From assembly GCF_031769215.1 (NCBI RefSeq), contig NW_026781866.1, forward strand, positions 62,001 through 126,000: DNA of 64,000 nt, written 5' to 3'. Made by a program: the position numbers and the translations under genes. This document shows positions 14,801-27,459 of this stretch, piece by piece. Position 1 is the first letter of the stretch. Every line of letters begins with the position of its first letter. The notes beneath the pieces were generated by a model. The model was not told where the DNA came from and did no database searches. It worked only from the letters and a program-made list of their open reading frames with translations. This DNA comes from Ylistrum balloti (Eukaryota).

Positions 14801-17800
14801 TGATACTTCTGGGTCTAATGGACAATCCACGGACTCAATTATCGATGTTACATTTCTGAAGGCGTCTGTTGAAAAGAATAAGTATATTAATATCTTGCAT
14901 ATTAAGTCGGACAGATATGTCTAGTTCAGGAACGAAATGTTTTATGTCCTGAAATATAAAGCAAAGCATGATAAACTTCGCTGATAGCATAAACATTTTA
15001 GTTTGTTTCAATTAGATATTAGGACCTCTCATGAACGCTGTTTAAGTGCAATCACACTGAAATGTATTAACTTTGACAAAGTGATATGACATTTCATCCG
15101 GTAATTTACCACATACAATGAGTCAACTAGACCAATAATGGGATAAGAAGGATATATACTTCTGACATGTCAACACTTGGGAGCATAACCGTCCTTACTT
15201 GGACTGACGTTCACTCTTTAACACGAATCAGTGAAAAAATGTCTCGATGAAATAAGGATAAAAGATAAAGATCTTAAGCTTAGAAATTTCTTATCATTCT
15301 TAAAGCCTAGACTCGCCGGGCAAAAAACCAAAGCAAAACATGTGACGCTGCTTGCTCTTGTAAAGATGAAAAGGCTAATGGTTTTACCTGGATCTTTACC
15401 GTATTTCCTCTGTTAAGTTAAGTTTTTTCCGAATGGCATTTGAAATTTAATGACATTCCAAATTTGATGAAAGTCACACATGAAGCACAGAAGTACGATA
15501 TCACAAGCTTTTGTAACACTTGGTCAAGAATGTACGGAGAAGTCCTTGCAGTTTGTTTCCGGTTTTCATATATTTTCATATATTCTGTTGGTAGTCATTG
15601 CTAATGTTTTGTTAATTAATTGATTAAGTTACATATTGGTGAAAATTAACAATTCTGATGACGCTAAATCATTTAAATGTATCAACATGTCGACTAAAAT
15701 ATTGGTGACGTTTCTTGCGTTAATGCTATGATTAAAAATGTCAATCAATAGAAAAACTGTTACGCGAAATGCAATGTACAACCGCTTATGAACAAGGCAA
15801 GACTTCCTCAAAGCATGTGAACGCATGAAATTTGAAAAAGATACCTTCATGACATTGTTCGTCAATGCTTGCTTTATTCAACCTAAATTAATATGAAACA
15901 TTCGCGATTGCGCTGAAATGAAAATTATAAGATTGTTATGAACTTTCTAAATCGAAATCGGCTTTGGGAAAAGAATGTGGATAGAAAAGGCGTAATACTG
16001 TCCCAAATTCTAAGTCAAACTTGTGTATGAATCTAATTGTCATCTAGAGTATCAGTAATCATAAAGCAGTCGCTGACAAGATTTCAAGGTTTGACATCTA
16101 TGTGTTTAGGACGTTCCTCCTGAAAATCATGAGACCTATTTGGTACGTACAGACTGGTTCACATAACCGAGATGATGAGAGACGTCATGAAACCAAAAAC
16201 ATGGCAATACAACTGTTGTTCAAATGGAAGCTTGTATGTCTTTAACGTATGCTGTCCGTGAATCACATAGAAGATGAGTAACATCGACATACATGTTTGT
16301 ACAGTTTAATACAAGACAATTGCTAACCGTTTTAATAGATCACTTACCTAATTTCAGAAATCCGTATACGTCACTTCCTGCACATGTTGCGGGAACGCAT
16401 ACCCCCCACGTGACCTTCAAGGGTATTCCTTTTGTATCCTAATCAAAGAGAGCAAACTTCAAGAATCAACATTTAAAACTCGGACTGATGTAGGATTATA
16501 TGTCATTTAAAAGGCCAATCAAGCAAACAGTACTGTAATGTGATGCTTTAATTGGTCGATAAAAATTCTGGTGGTAGGTTACTCTTCCAGACCACCTGGT
16601 CTTACACTTATGTTGTTTCATAAGTCTCCGTGTAAATCTTTCTGTTGTTTATAATAACCCTTAATCTATTGAATTTGAGTTTGGGTTATGAGGGTATCGA
16701 CACAATGTTTCTTATTCATATCTGAGCCCCAATCAAAGTATCTTAAGGTCAAGGTGATGTCTGATGTATCACAATTGATCCTTCAGAAAAAGAAGAAATC
16801 ATAAATGCAGTGCTCTTGGGGTTAAAGATTATGCAGCACGAGACAAATGGAGTATATTTTTTCCAACCTGAACCACATTTCATGTTACATCAGTCCTAAT
16901 CTAAAATCTAAATAAAACGACTCACCACGCCTAATCCGTCGACGATACTTTCCGGAATCGGTATTCGGACACGACAGTATTTTGAGCCGACCGATCGTGG
17001 ATATCTTGGAGGAGCCCTTCGGATGTTTCCGAGAACCTCATTGGCTTTAATGTCTGAATGAATCTCCAGACACTCGTCCATGGAACCAAGGAAGTTGATG
17101 TTTCCTTTCGCAAGTCCAGCTGGTACTTTTCCGTAGGAATCTAGCACTGTAAGACGGGAACGGGGGCACAAATGTTAATTCCAGATTTTTACACTGGACA
17201 GATGGAGCTTGGCGTACAAGACCACACTTTTTAGCACACTTCTTAATAGCGTGGTGCATACTATATGTGTAACGTATTGCTAATATGACCATAACTGTTG
17301 TTTTAATACTTTTTTTATTGTTTTAAACGGAATCTGAAACATCGCAACGGTGTGTTTTATATTGTGACTTATAGACCAGGCATGATATTGGCTTCATTAA
17401 CAATGTAAAGTACAATGTAGAATTGGCGTAAATGTCTATGTTTAAAGATCCTTTAAAACATGAATAATGTCCATAATTTCAGAGACTCTATTGGAAATGA
17501 GTTATTTATCAACAATTCTCAGCTACCTTCGGCGTCACATTTGAACGTCAGGGCAACTACTCGGCCCAGATCAATTCAGACAATATTCACTTTCTATGAA
17601 AAATGCGTTGTGATTTTGGGCTCGCGGTGGTAACAGTTCACATGTAACCAGACTGACAATCGAAAGAAGGATTTTGTGGAAACTTTTATGATAACCTTAC
17701 TTATAATGCGTATAATTCGGTGCATTTTAACAGACTATGGAACTGTATGTAACTTAGATAACATCAACGTTTGATGTATGCTGATACAGTTTCCATCCAG

Positions 17801-20800
17801 TGTTTGTTATTTGAACTTGCTATCTATGCTATATGGTTGCCTGCAGGAAGGAGGGGTGGGAGAACAAACTTTTGTAACGGATTACGACCTAAAAATCTCC
17901 GCGTTGGTCCCTGAAGATTTCCCCGTTATGGCTTGTTTCATAAAATGTCTTTTGTTCCGGGGTCCACCATTGTAGTATAGATAATGAACAAAGGTATGAT
18001 TCTAACATAGTATTCTCTTTGTGGTTGTTATGCCTACATGTGACCTGTATTACAGATATATACCTCAGGTCACTTCGACCGACATCTCTTACAGAAAAAT
18101 GAAGTAAATATGAAATAGACTGTATAACGGTAACCAGGCGTCAGAGCATGTGACTATTTGATATTTCATAGTTTTCATATCTGATAGGCGATTGACGATC
18201 ATCTTGCACACACATTGCAAGCATACCATAAATTTGAAAGATATAATTGATCTAGTTACGACTTTTTATTTATCTTTAAAACAGGAATATATACTGCCTG
18301 TCTGTAATCATTGTCATCTTTAATATCTGTCGAGGTGTAAAGAGGGGGATTCAAGAAAAAAAATTGGGATAAACACGTAATTTATGTGAGGATATTTGGT
18401 TAACAGATATTTTGTGCACATTGAAATGGAAAATGATTTACCGATTATAATTACTATATTTTGCTGACTTTTCCTCACAACACTAATGTATGAACCGCGT
18501 CCGCACCCCCCCCCCCCCCCCCCCCCTCCCCTTTTTTTTCTTGTACAAACACCATTTTCCTCTCAAAAATGTCATTTCACTTGCAGACTTGTAAAAAACA
18601 TTAAAGGAAACTAGTCTTATTTATGAAATAGTTGCCGTTCTTAATCTCTTGTTGTTGGCAAGGGAGGACAGTAGCACTTGAATATCTGAAGTCTCCTTAA
18701 CAATAGTGTAATACCTCTGATAACCTTGCAGCCATTAGATATCGATATTGACCGATAATATCCACAGCGCTGTCATGCAGGCATCATTGACTCACCAAGG
18801 GTATTGAAATGCCTAGCAAACTAACACTTTTGCATAAACAGCATTAAAGTACATTCACCTTGTGTGTTCGACATTTGACCGATTTTACACAATATTACTA
18901 ACCGACATTATCATTGGTTCCGTGTTTCTAGTCCGCTTATCTCACCACATTTACATAAGTATTTGACCTGATAACATGGAACTATTTCGTCAAATAGAAT
19001 AACAGATTAGATGTTTTATTTCTAAGTTTTATTATCATTATAATTATTGTCAAAAATGTTCCAACAAGTATTGATATTGAAGAGTATTTTTTTCTTTGTA
19101 AGTTGACGGTGATCGTTATAGAGGGTAACCTGTCCTACACCGGTGTTGTCATGCACCATACGTATCGTTTGGTTAGTATACCAGTTTTGACATTGAAAGT
19201 TTCAAGAACAATTTATTTAACTGCCGTTGATGCATACAAAATGTCATCCTCATGTTTATGTATAATGCTGAAATCCTAATATACAGAATAAGTATCTTTA
19301 ACATTTGTTCAAGCGAAGAGAATATATAGTAAGCTAGGGTGAAGTTGAGAATCTGTGTTAAACAGCACGAACTATGTTATCTTAGGTGTTGCCAGGATAA
19401 AGTACCTATATGTAAATACAATACAGATATGAAAAGTCTTGAAGCCATTCGAGTTGTTTGTGTTGATGAACATTACATAATATTAGAAGTTTATATCACG
19501 CACGTCATTAACAAATTATTTACTGCTTGTTATAAATACAACGTTATTTGCTGGTTGAATGGTCTGAAATATTGATATCTTTAAAATACTTATTTAAAGG
19601 ACAGCTGTGATTAACATAATAAAACATTTTGGGAGGGAGTCAATGATCGAGGAGTTATACAAAATAACTCGCTACCGAACACAACAACATAAACAGTTTT
19701 GATGGTAACGAGGATTTGGGCCACAGCATAAGTCACACCAACGACAACTGCATTCGCAGATAATGCTGATTCAAATTGGAAATCATTGTATTCAACAGAT
19801 AATCCTATCTGTACTTATGTAGGATACCTGACCTCTGATGCACAGACATCACACTAGAGAGGCAGTCATACGTGGTACAGGTAAACAGTGCTCTAGCAGA
19901 AGACACTGCATAAGAGACCAATATAAGCAAGAAAGGAAGGGACAGCCTTGTCATTCATTATTGACAACATCAACGTTTCAAATTTTAAACATGTGTGACG
20001 TCAGGTTTGCTGTTTGATTACCATTGTATTCCTAACATGAAGCCACACCTATGTATTAATTTCAGTAAACAAAATTGACAATTTTGAAAGTTCAGAGGCC
20101 GTGTCGGCCATCTTGGATTTTGAAATAATGTCCCCATTGAATCTTGACGTTGTTATCAGTATTCACATTTCTATGTTATATCCTATTATCGTTTAGCCAA
20201 TCAAAGCCTCTGGCGGCCATGGTTGATGTCTGATCGAAAACGGAATAACGAAAGAACAATTGCTCCAAACTTTATAACAAACTTTTATTTTACAAAAATT
20301 GCGAAGCAAGTTTTTTCCAACTTATATCAATCACTCTTGTTGGCTCGGATGACAGCGCGCGATGGGTCTTATTGTGGGGGGAAACCGGAGTACCCGGGGA
20401 AAACCCACGTGGTCGGGCAGGTGACCCCCATGCCTTTTCACATCCATTCAAAATCAAAATCAAAATTCTTCAAACTTACGAAGCAAACACTAAGGATACC
20501 ACGTGCGAAGAAAAAAAGTGAAAATTTTCACACATACGACCAGTCATGAAGTAGTGACACGGAAAGGTTAATTCGCCAACATTTACGCTATTATATCCCC
20601 ATTCCAGACGTCTGCTGGTCGATTAGTAGCCATTTTATTCACTACCACCTGTATGATTGAAAGAGACAGTATTGCAAAGCATCTAAACGACTGAGATGTT
20701 TCATCTATGGTTCATTACTGAAAATGCTAGACGCTTATCAGCTACTTTTACTTAAATAGCTGTTACGTAACGTATTATGTATAAGTTTATCTAATCATGT

Positions 20801-23800
20801 GACTGCTCCCCCGATTAGATTTCGACTTTTCGTTTGACCACTATGGATTTTCCTAAATCACTGACGAGTTTTAGAAGGATGAAACAGCTGTGTGATGCAA
20901 TTTTGAAAAGGTGCCATTCTTTTGTGTTTCTTTTTGTACAATCTTAGAAAATTATTCCAGATACCGGAGCAATTACAGGTTAACTGTTAAGTGCCGTAGC
21001 TGTATAGTTTTAAACAAAGAGTAGTGCCATGACTCCCGATATAACGTAAACTGTGGAAAGCATGATGAAAGATAATCACAGAAGTTGTTTTGGAAATTTA
21101 ATAAGACAAAGTATACAGTGACTATAGCTGTTTCGCCTTCAAAACAAGTCTTTATTCATAAGGGTGATAAAGAAAATCAAACGTTACCTTATTTTACTTA
21201 ACTTAACTGAAAGTAACTTTTAAATTCTTCCGATCATTGTTCTGATTTTCAACAGGATGATTTTCTAAACTTGTGAAGTGTATCCATATATTCTGAAACG
21301 TAATGCAATATGAATTTCAGCTTACAGCACTTGGACTAAAGTCCACCAGCAGAGTATATCCCCTACATTTTTAAAAGGATATGATTTCACAAAAGACATC
21401 AATCAAAAACTTTAAAGTCATCGTCATTGAAAATTGTATCGATAAAATTTAATTTCATGGATCAAGGTGTGTATGTAGAACTCATCGGATTTACCTTCGA
21501 ACGTCTCTAAAATCAGTAATGTTTTTTTATGTATTACACTCGAAAATCACGCGCTAACCACGATACCCTGCTTATTATGTTTTATCATGACAGGATATGT
21601 AAAAGGAAAAATCATCAGTTCACGTGTTACTGATAAGTATGATATTCAAGGAATCTGTGTGGACTTTGCCCTGTGAGAATTTTGGCGTGATATCTATTAC
21701 GTCATTCACCGAGTTATCTAACACTGTAGGTGGTGCTCAGGTTACCCTAACATTACTTAGATCATAGATAAGGTCTAATCACGCCTTAATTCATTGTACG
21801 TGCTCTTAGGCACACATCATTTGGATATACTTGTACATATTTTCATTATCCACTTCAACTGGAAGTTCAATATTGCTATCCACGGCATATATAGATTACA
21901 GTTTATAACACAGCACTGCAATCACACATAAACTAAACATACAGGCATGATCAAATAGCGGTATAATATATCAAAATTGCGAATCTTGCTTTATATCAAT
22001 TGTTGGAAATAGATATTTACGAATCCTTACACATTAAGTTTATAACTTAAGTGTCATTGTGTCGATTAGAAATCGTTTAACGCGTAACACACTGCGTGAA
22101 CTCAATCAGATAACGATTTAACTATCTCTTGATTAAAATAATGCGTGTTTGATATTTTAAAAAATGCTGCGGTTTTAATGGTGGGAATTAGATCTTCCAA
22201 CGTCATTAAAGAAAATGAATTGTAGACGTCAACGGAATTTTAATGTGATACTAAAATTCAGTTTGAAGCTACCTTAACGAAGGTATTTACAATCAATACA
22301 CAAGTGAACGAAACCTTTCAATTAAAAGTTACAAGGAGGTACAGTACAGACATAATACGAGGGGCAACGATCAGAATGATATCGAAACGGAGAAAAGAAC
22401 ACAAGGAGACTCGTTGAACATAAATTAATAAAACACTGACTGCTTGATAAAACCAGCAAATGTTCCATATTCACGTCCCCCAAACGGAGTTTCTTTTTTT
22501 GTTATTCTTCTTCTAATCTTCTGTCGCGTATTGTCGGACGCATCTCTCGAAAACCATAGGTCCGATTCAAGCGAAACTTTACATAGATGGCAATTTGTAG
22601 TTGTGCTTGCGGCTATTCTTGTTTGTCGATGGTACATCAAATATTTCGGCCAGACCCTCTGATTGGTTAAAATGTAGCAGACTATATCTCAATAAGCTCT
22701 TGGTGATATTGAAATGAAAATAAGTATGAATACTGACAACCATGTAAAGATATCTTTGAGATATGTTTTTCTAAAATCCAAGTAGTCCACCACAAAAATA
22801 AGTGAAATCAAGTAAAGTGTAGATAGCCTAAGCTGTTGAGTAGAATTGTTTCCTACTTCAATTACCAATACTTTGCGATAGCAGGAATAGTTTTGAGGAA
22901 TTCTGTAACGGTCCACTTCGCGTGTACTTTTAGGTCACGAGGTTTGCGGTAACCTTAAAGTCATATGTTAGTTCATTTGAATACAGACACAGTTCAAAGT
23001 ATACTATGTGTTTTACGTTCTCCCAAAATTATCAGATGTATGAAAATAACCAGCTATTGAACTTTGGGGCTGGTGCACCTCACTTCTATATTTCGACTTT
23101 TCATTCGAGCACTTTCAATTTTTCTCAGTCACCAGCATCAATGACGAATTCTAGAAGGATTATTTAACTCTATAATGCAGTTTTTGCAGGAGTATCCGCG
23201 CAAATCTTTATTTTGTTCACATTTTACCGTTGGTTTATGGAACTCTAGTTTGGATTTTGATTATGTCGACAGGTTGGTATTTCTGAACTTTTTCAAGAAA
23301 AACATTCCTTATTCTAACACAAAAAAATGTCATTAGACTATGTAGACCTCAGCAAGATAAAAACATCTCCTGTAAAAGATATTATCATTTTATTTCCATA
23401 TAATGGAATTTCAATAAAAAAAATCCTATTGTATTCAACATATAGTAAATGGGATTTATTCTGTCTATTTTTTCTTACTTATTAGAAAATGAAGAGGCAG
23501 TGATTTGAAAACAACGAATAAAAGAATGACCATATTATTGGTTGGTGTTATTATTCAATATTTTTTCTTGTTATGATTTGGATCCCATAATTATTACAGA
23601 AAATATGAATATTACTATAAGCGTGCATTTTCTATCGATGATACCGTGGAAGCTGTATAAAATTCTGTCTGCATGGTATCGATGTCAATTAAGAGGACCT
23701 TTAAATGTTTATTTGAATGCACCGATATTCGCAATAACTTCGTTCATTTATATTATTATTATTGTGGCACATTCACAATTACAGCAAGTTCAATTTTAAC

Positions 23801-25113
23801 AGACATTTCAGCTCCTAAATTCCATCCAACTTTTAAAAATATGATAAAACTTACCTGAATATATACGGGTAACGAGTATTGGGTCTTATAATTAACATCA
23901 ATAATTTGGTACATGATCAATGGCTACATGCTATCAAACGTTAATAAAACACCCCATACTCACTTTTTATTGCCCAGACTCTTTCCGCTTTCGCTGCATC
24001 CAGGAAATCAATCGTGTCCTCATAACAATTTGCGCTGATCTTCCCCGCCGATTGATCGTACGGCAACGCGATACGCGCGCTAACAGACCCCAAAACGCGT
24101 TCTATCAAAGAACGTATGTCCATACTCTGTAGAACATTTAAATAGGTACTAACGGGATTACTTATTATGTTAGTTCCATTCTTCAGTTGACCAGTTGTAT
24201 TATATGTTTTGATAAATTCTGCCTCCAAAATTTTGAAGAGGGTCTGGAGTGCTGGATTTTGCTGAACTCTGACAAAAGTGCCAAATGCAGTAACAAGTCC
24301 TGCATAAATAAACTCTGTATCCCCATTGTACAAGGAATCAAGGACGGGTTTACTGACGTTGTAGGATCTCAATATTAGTCTTTGTACATTCGTATTCATG
24401 ACAACAGACCTAACAATTGGTACCGTATTATTGCTTTCTGTCAGAAATCCTGTACCCTCTTTGGCAATACGTTGAGGTAGATCTGATTTTTGAAATCCTT
24501 GGCTAAATTCATCAATGGCTACATCTACGACAGCCTGGAAGGTTGGAGAAGAAACACTGTATGCAGTTATCTCAAGAGCTTTGTTCAAAACCATGATGAA
24601 GAGACTGGAATCATTTTCATGGCGATACATTTCTATTAGGGGTTTGGATACGGTGATACTTCGAGTAAGCGCGCCAACGAAGTTAAACTTTGAAGCAATC
24701 TGCTGTATGTCTGTATCTGAGATAGGTTGAGATGGATCAATAGTGACGTTCGAATGTTGCAATGCTTTTCCAAACTCATCAACAATGACCCCAGCTATTC
24801 CTTGAAAAACAGAGTTTCTGAGCAAGTCTGGCATTGATGTCAAGACGTACGTCTCTATGGCGTTGGGCAGTCCTGACGTCATCGAAGTATTTCCAGTAAA
24901 AAGGTGTTGTCGCAAGTCATTAGCAGCCATCAGCGATTCGTACACATCGTGTGAAAAGGATTCATTCTCAGTGAAATATTGGAAAAGGAATTGGGCTTTT
25001 TCTGTGTCATTCATGTTCTGCCCAGTACCGACGGAATCAATCATCCGTGGATATGATATCAGCATGCTGAACACAAGAATTGTGGCTACAAAACTATTTT
25101 TACTAATCTCCAT
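5865..25113 (-). CDS. nrf-6: NRF-6-like / O-acyltransferase-like (NRF domain + Acyltransferase_3) multi-pass membrane protein, paralog A, 15 exons, ~1078 aa
   Basis: Hand-assembled exons (minus strand): 25113-23964, 17146-16926, 16438-16348, 14865-14775, 13954-13584, 12728-12540, 12231-12138, 11422-11309, 10757-10592, 10208-10129, 8642-8544, 8066-7937, 7683-7491, 6742-6600, 5969-5865. All introns are GT-AG and phases are consistent; total 3237 nt ending in TAG. Family motifs: WAIKMLDSYGK..GNINFLGSMDEC, WGVCVPATC, CIHGIRFFSITWIMLGH, SVDTFYMISG, HRIWRLTP, WWTNLLYINN, CMAWTWFLANDMQFY, YITPWCR, LSRLSYAAYLIHP, FEAPFMALEK. Confidence 0.93.
8269..8410. repeat. 28-bp minisatellite, 5 copies (CGTCTGGTGGCTACAACAACCATTTTTA), in gene A intron 11
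   Basis: Units start at 8273, 8301, 8329, 8357 and 8385; one substitution (ggTtac) in copy 2. Confidence 0.95.
11540..11682 (-). mobile_element. tRNA-derived SINE remnant in gene A intron 7
   Basis: Minus strand: A-box-like TGGCGCAATGG, degenerate B-box GGTTAGATTACC, then a body ending ACTCCAGTTTCC. The body matches 20380-20426 at 35/47 nt. Confidence 0.6.
20090..20240. repeat. Possible Helentron/DINE-like non-autonomous element remnant
   Basis: Two related units (GGCCATCTTGGATTT; AGCCAATCAAAGCCTCTGGCGGCCATGG) resemble internal repeats of such elements as I recall them; termini not identified. Confidence 0.3.
20341..20445 (-). mobile_element. SINE body fragment (GGAAACCGGAGTACCCGG motif) in gene A intron 1
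   Basis: Same body as the 11.6-kb SINE; the tRNA head is not visible. Confidence 0.55.
23964..25113 (-). CDS. Gene A first coding exon: signal peptide + ~330-aa uncharacterised repeat domain + first helix/Cys of the NRF domain
   Basis: 390-aa ORF in the track. Hydrophobic N-terminus FVATILVFSMLI; donor AAA A|GTGAGT at 23964/23963; splices in phase 1 to TG CTA GAT, giving the family-typical WAIK-M-LDS. Confidence 0.9.
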
Positions 25114-27405
25114 TGTGTTATAAATCTAAACAATACTTTCAGAAAACATTCAACAATTATGAATTAATTCGACAGTCATCAAATAAAATTTCTTACATAT
25201 GTGAATGTATTTGCATCATCATGTAACTTTTTAAGGGTCCATTACACGAAGTGTTAGTGTCAAATTTGCAGCAGTTTGAGTGAGAAGTTGGACATTGTTC
25301 ATTATCAATATAGCTTCATATCATGGGGAAACAAACCTCTTCAAGCATGCGTTGTTAAATACACTGACAATCCTACTAAAGACGAAAGAGAACACAAAAA
25401 CGATGTGCCGTTGTCTAATGAAGCAGTCACTTATTCCTCCGACGTAAAATGTTGTTGGAACGATCAAGAAATGCAACGTCCCTGTACTCCCTGTCCTTAT
25501 AAACAATCTTGTGGCGATCAGCTGTTAGCTGTCAAACAACCCGCGTATTAGTAAATACCGAGGCTCCAAACGGGCTTCGATTTCATGTAAAATAAGGTAG
25601 TCACCATGTGCATGTGACAAAGATGAAAGTATCCTGGAGATAGAAGTTGTTATAATATAATAATAATATTCAAAATACTAGTAGTCGCTTCAATGTCGTC
25701 AAATGAAAATAATAATATCAATATTGATACGTGGTATTATTACTTCCGTAATACGTTTCCTTATGTAGATATCACATAGCAGGGAACTGGCAGTCGATAC
25801 TATACGGGCAATAGAATTGATAAAAACGTGAAACTTCGTGACCTTTGCTGACCTGAGTTGAGTGCAATATGTAGTCCAAGGGCACTATGTTCCAGATTCG
25901 TACTCGTTTACAGAGATGTTCGAATACAGAAATTCATATCAAGCTATAAAATATTCATCATCTTAAAGAATAGGTCTTAATATTCCTCTTGTAACTGGCT
26001 CAAATGGAAGATGAATTGGAAGACCGGACGTTATTTGATCTGAAAAAAAATAATAAACTTTTTTCTTTCCATCAAACAGTAGTGCTGAGTGAGATCGAAG
26101 ATCCTCGTTACAAACAAGATCGAGTGGCGACCTACGTATATGGCTTTATCGCGAAAAGGTAGGAAGGATAATAAAGAAAAAATACCGAACCCCAGTGCTT
26201 TGATAAAAGGACCAGGTAAATCGTCTCAGCTGTAAAAATGATATCTATCAAAAGTAGATTTTATGAATATTTTAACCTAGTTGTCGGCTATACTGTGCAC
26301 TTATTAATTTTCGTGGTCAATCTTAATCCACGGATCTATATGTTCATGCAATGAGAACCAAACATGAACTTGAGTACAAATCGATTCAGTAAAATTACGA
26401 GCCAACGAAAATGTATATTTTACAAAACTTGAGCCCCACTGAAATATTTTACATCTACCCTATAACTGTGATATTTAAAATATACCTGATATTCAATGTA
26501 TTTTCAGAAAGGATCATCGCAAAAATAATTGTTCATGAAAAATGTGAATATCATGTTTGGAAGAATTGCCTCTATTAGTAACCATAAGGAAGAGAGTTTA
26601 AGCTATAGATGTGTACCATTTGTGGTCATATTATCTTTATCCTGGCCTACGTACTTGTAATATTTGTTAATTTGTAACATATTGATATGATAAGCGGATC
26701 GCCTGCTTTACCCTATAGAGCCCCACTAGACAACATGCCGCTGATAAGAGACGAACTAATAAAATGTAAGCATAGATTCAAACAGTGGACTTTGTCCCGT
26801 TGTGTCATCCTCACTGGACACACCTGCACGACGCAAAAATTTGAACACTCACCTAGACACGTGGTTTGCCCACACGCAAGGTGTGGACTTTGTTACATGA
26901 AAAACATCGAAGTATTTCGTGTGTACAAGTTACAATATCTTGATTCATTTGCGATTGATATTAAAAAACAGCACAATTCGAAATTTTAAGTTTCTGTAAA
27001 GTAATTCTAGTTTATTTCTTAAGCTTTTACGTGATTTAATTTTTTTTTTTTTGAGATTCTTTATCTTACTTTAATTTTATTTGCAGATATGTTTTTAACG
27101 ATATAACGTGAATTCGATGTACATGCTTGTTTAACGTTTTCAGATGGAGAATAAAATGACTTTCGGTTTCTATACGTACTAGTGATAACCAAGTTAGCAG
27201 CTTAATGAATGGTTAGATTTGGTCTGAAAATTTCATTTATACAATGTTCAGTATGTTTACTACTATCTGCTCGATATAGATCAGAGCGGGGTAATAGTTC
27301 GTGGCGTTGAAACTAAAGTTTATATGATGCTGCCTTTAACTAGGGCAAAATATGACCAAAGGACGATTTACACGCAGACTTCTGCAAAGTACATGGAGAA
27401 AAAAT

Positions 27406-27459
27406 CCAGGTGTTTTGGAAGAGAAGTATATTCTGTTTCATTGACGACACCCGCCATGT
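27406..27459 (-). repeat. Second copy of the same dispersed repeat (intergenic)
   Basis: CCAGGTGTTTTGGAAGAGAAG..GACGACACCCGCCATGT is a degenerate reverse complement of 57911-57965. Confidence 0.5.

Noticed and set aside
22500-22680. TTCTTCTTCT..TCTCGAAAACC..CCGATTCAAGCGAAACTT resembling a DINE/Helentron-type terminus
   Set aside because: Resemblance from memory only; no second copy or termini verifiable in the window.
25276-25551. 91-aa Cys-containing plus-strand ORF just upstream of gene A
   Set aside because: GTG/TTG-type start, no supporting splice structure or motif.
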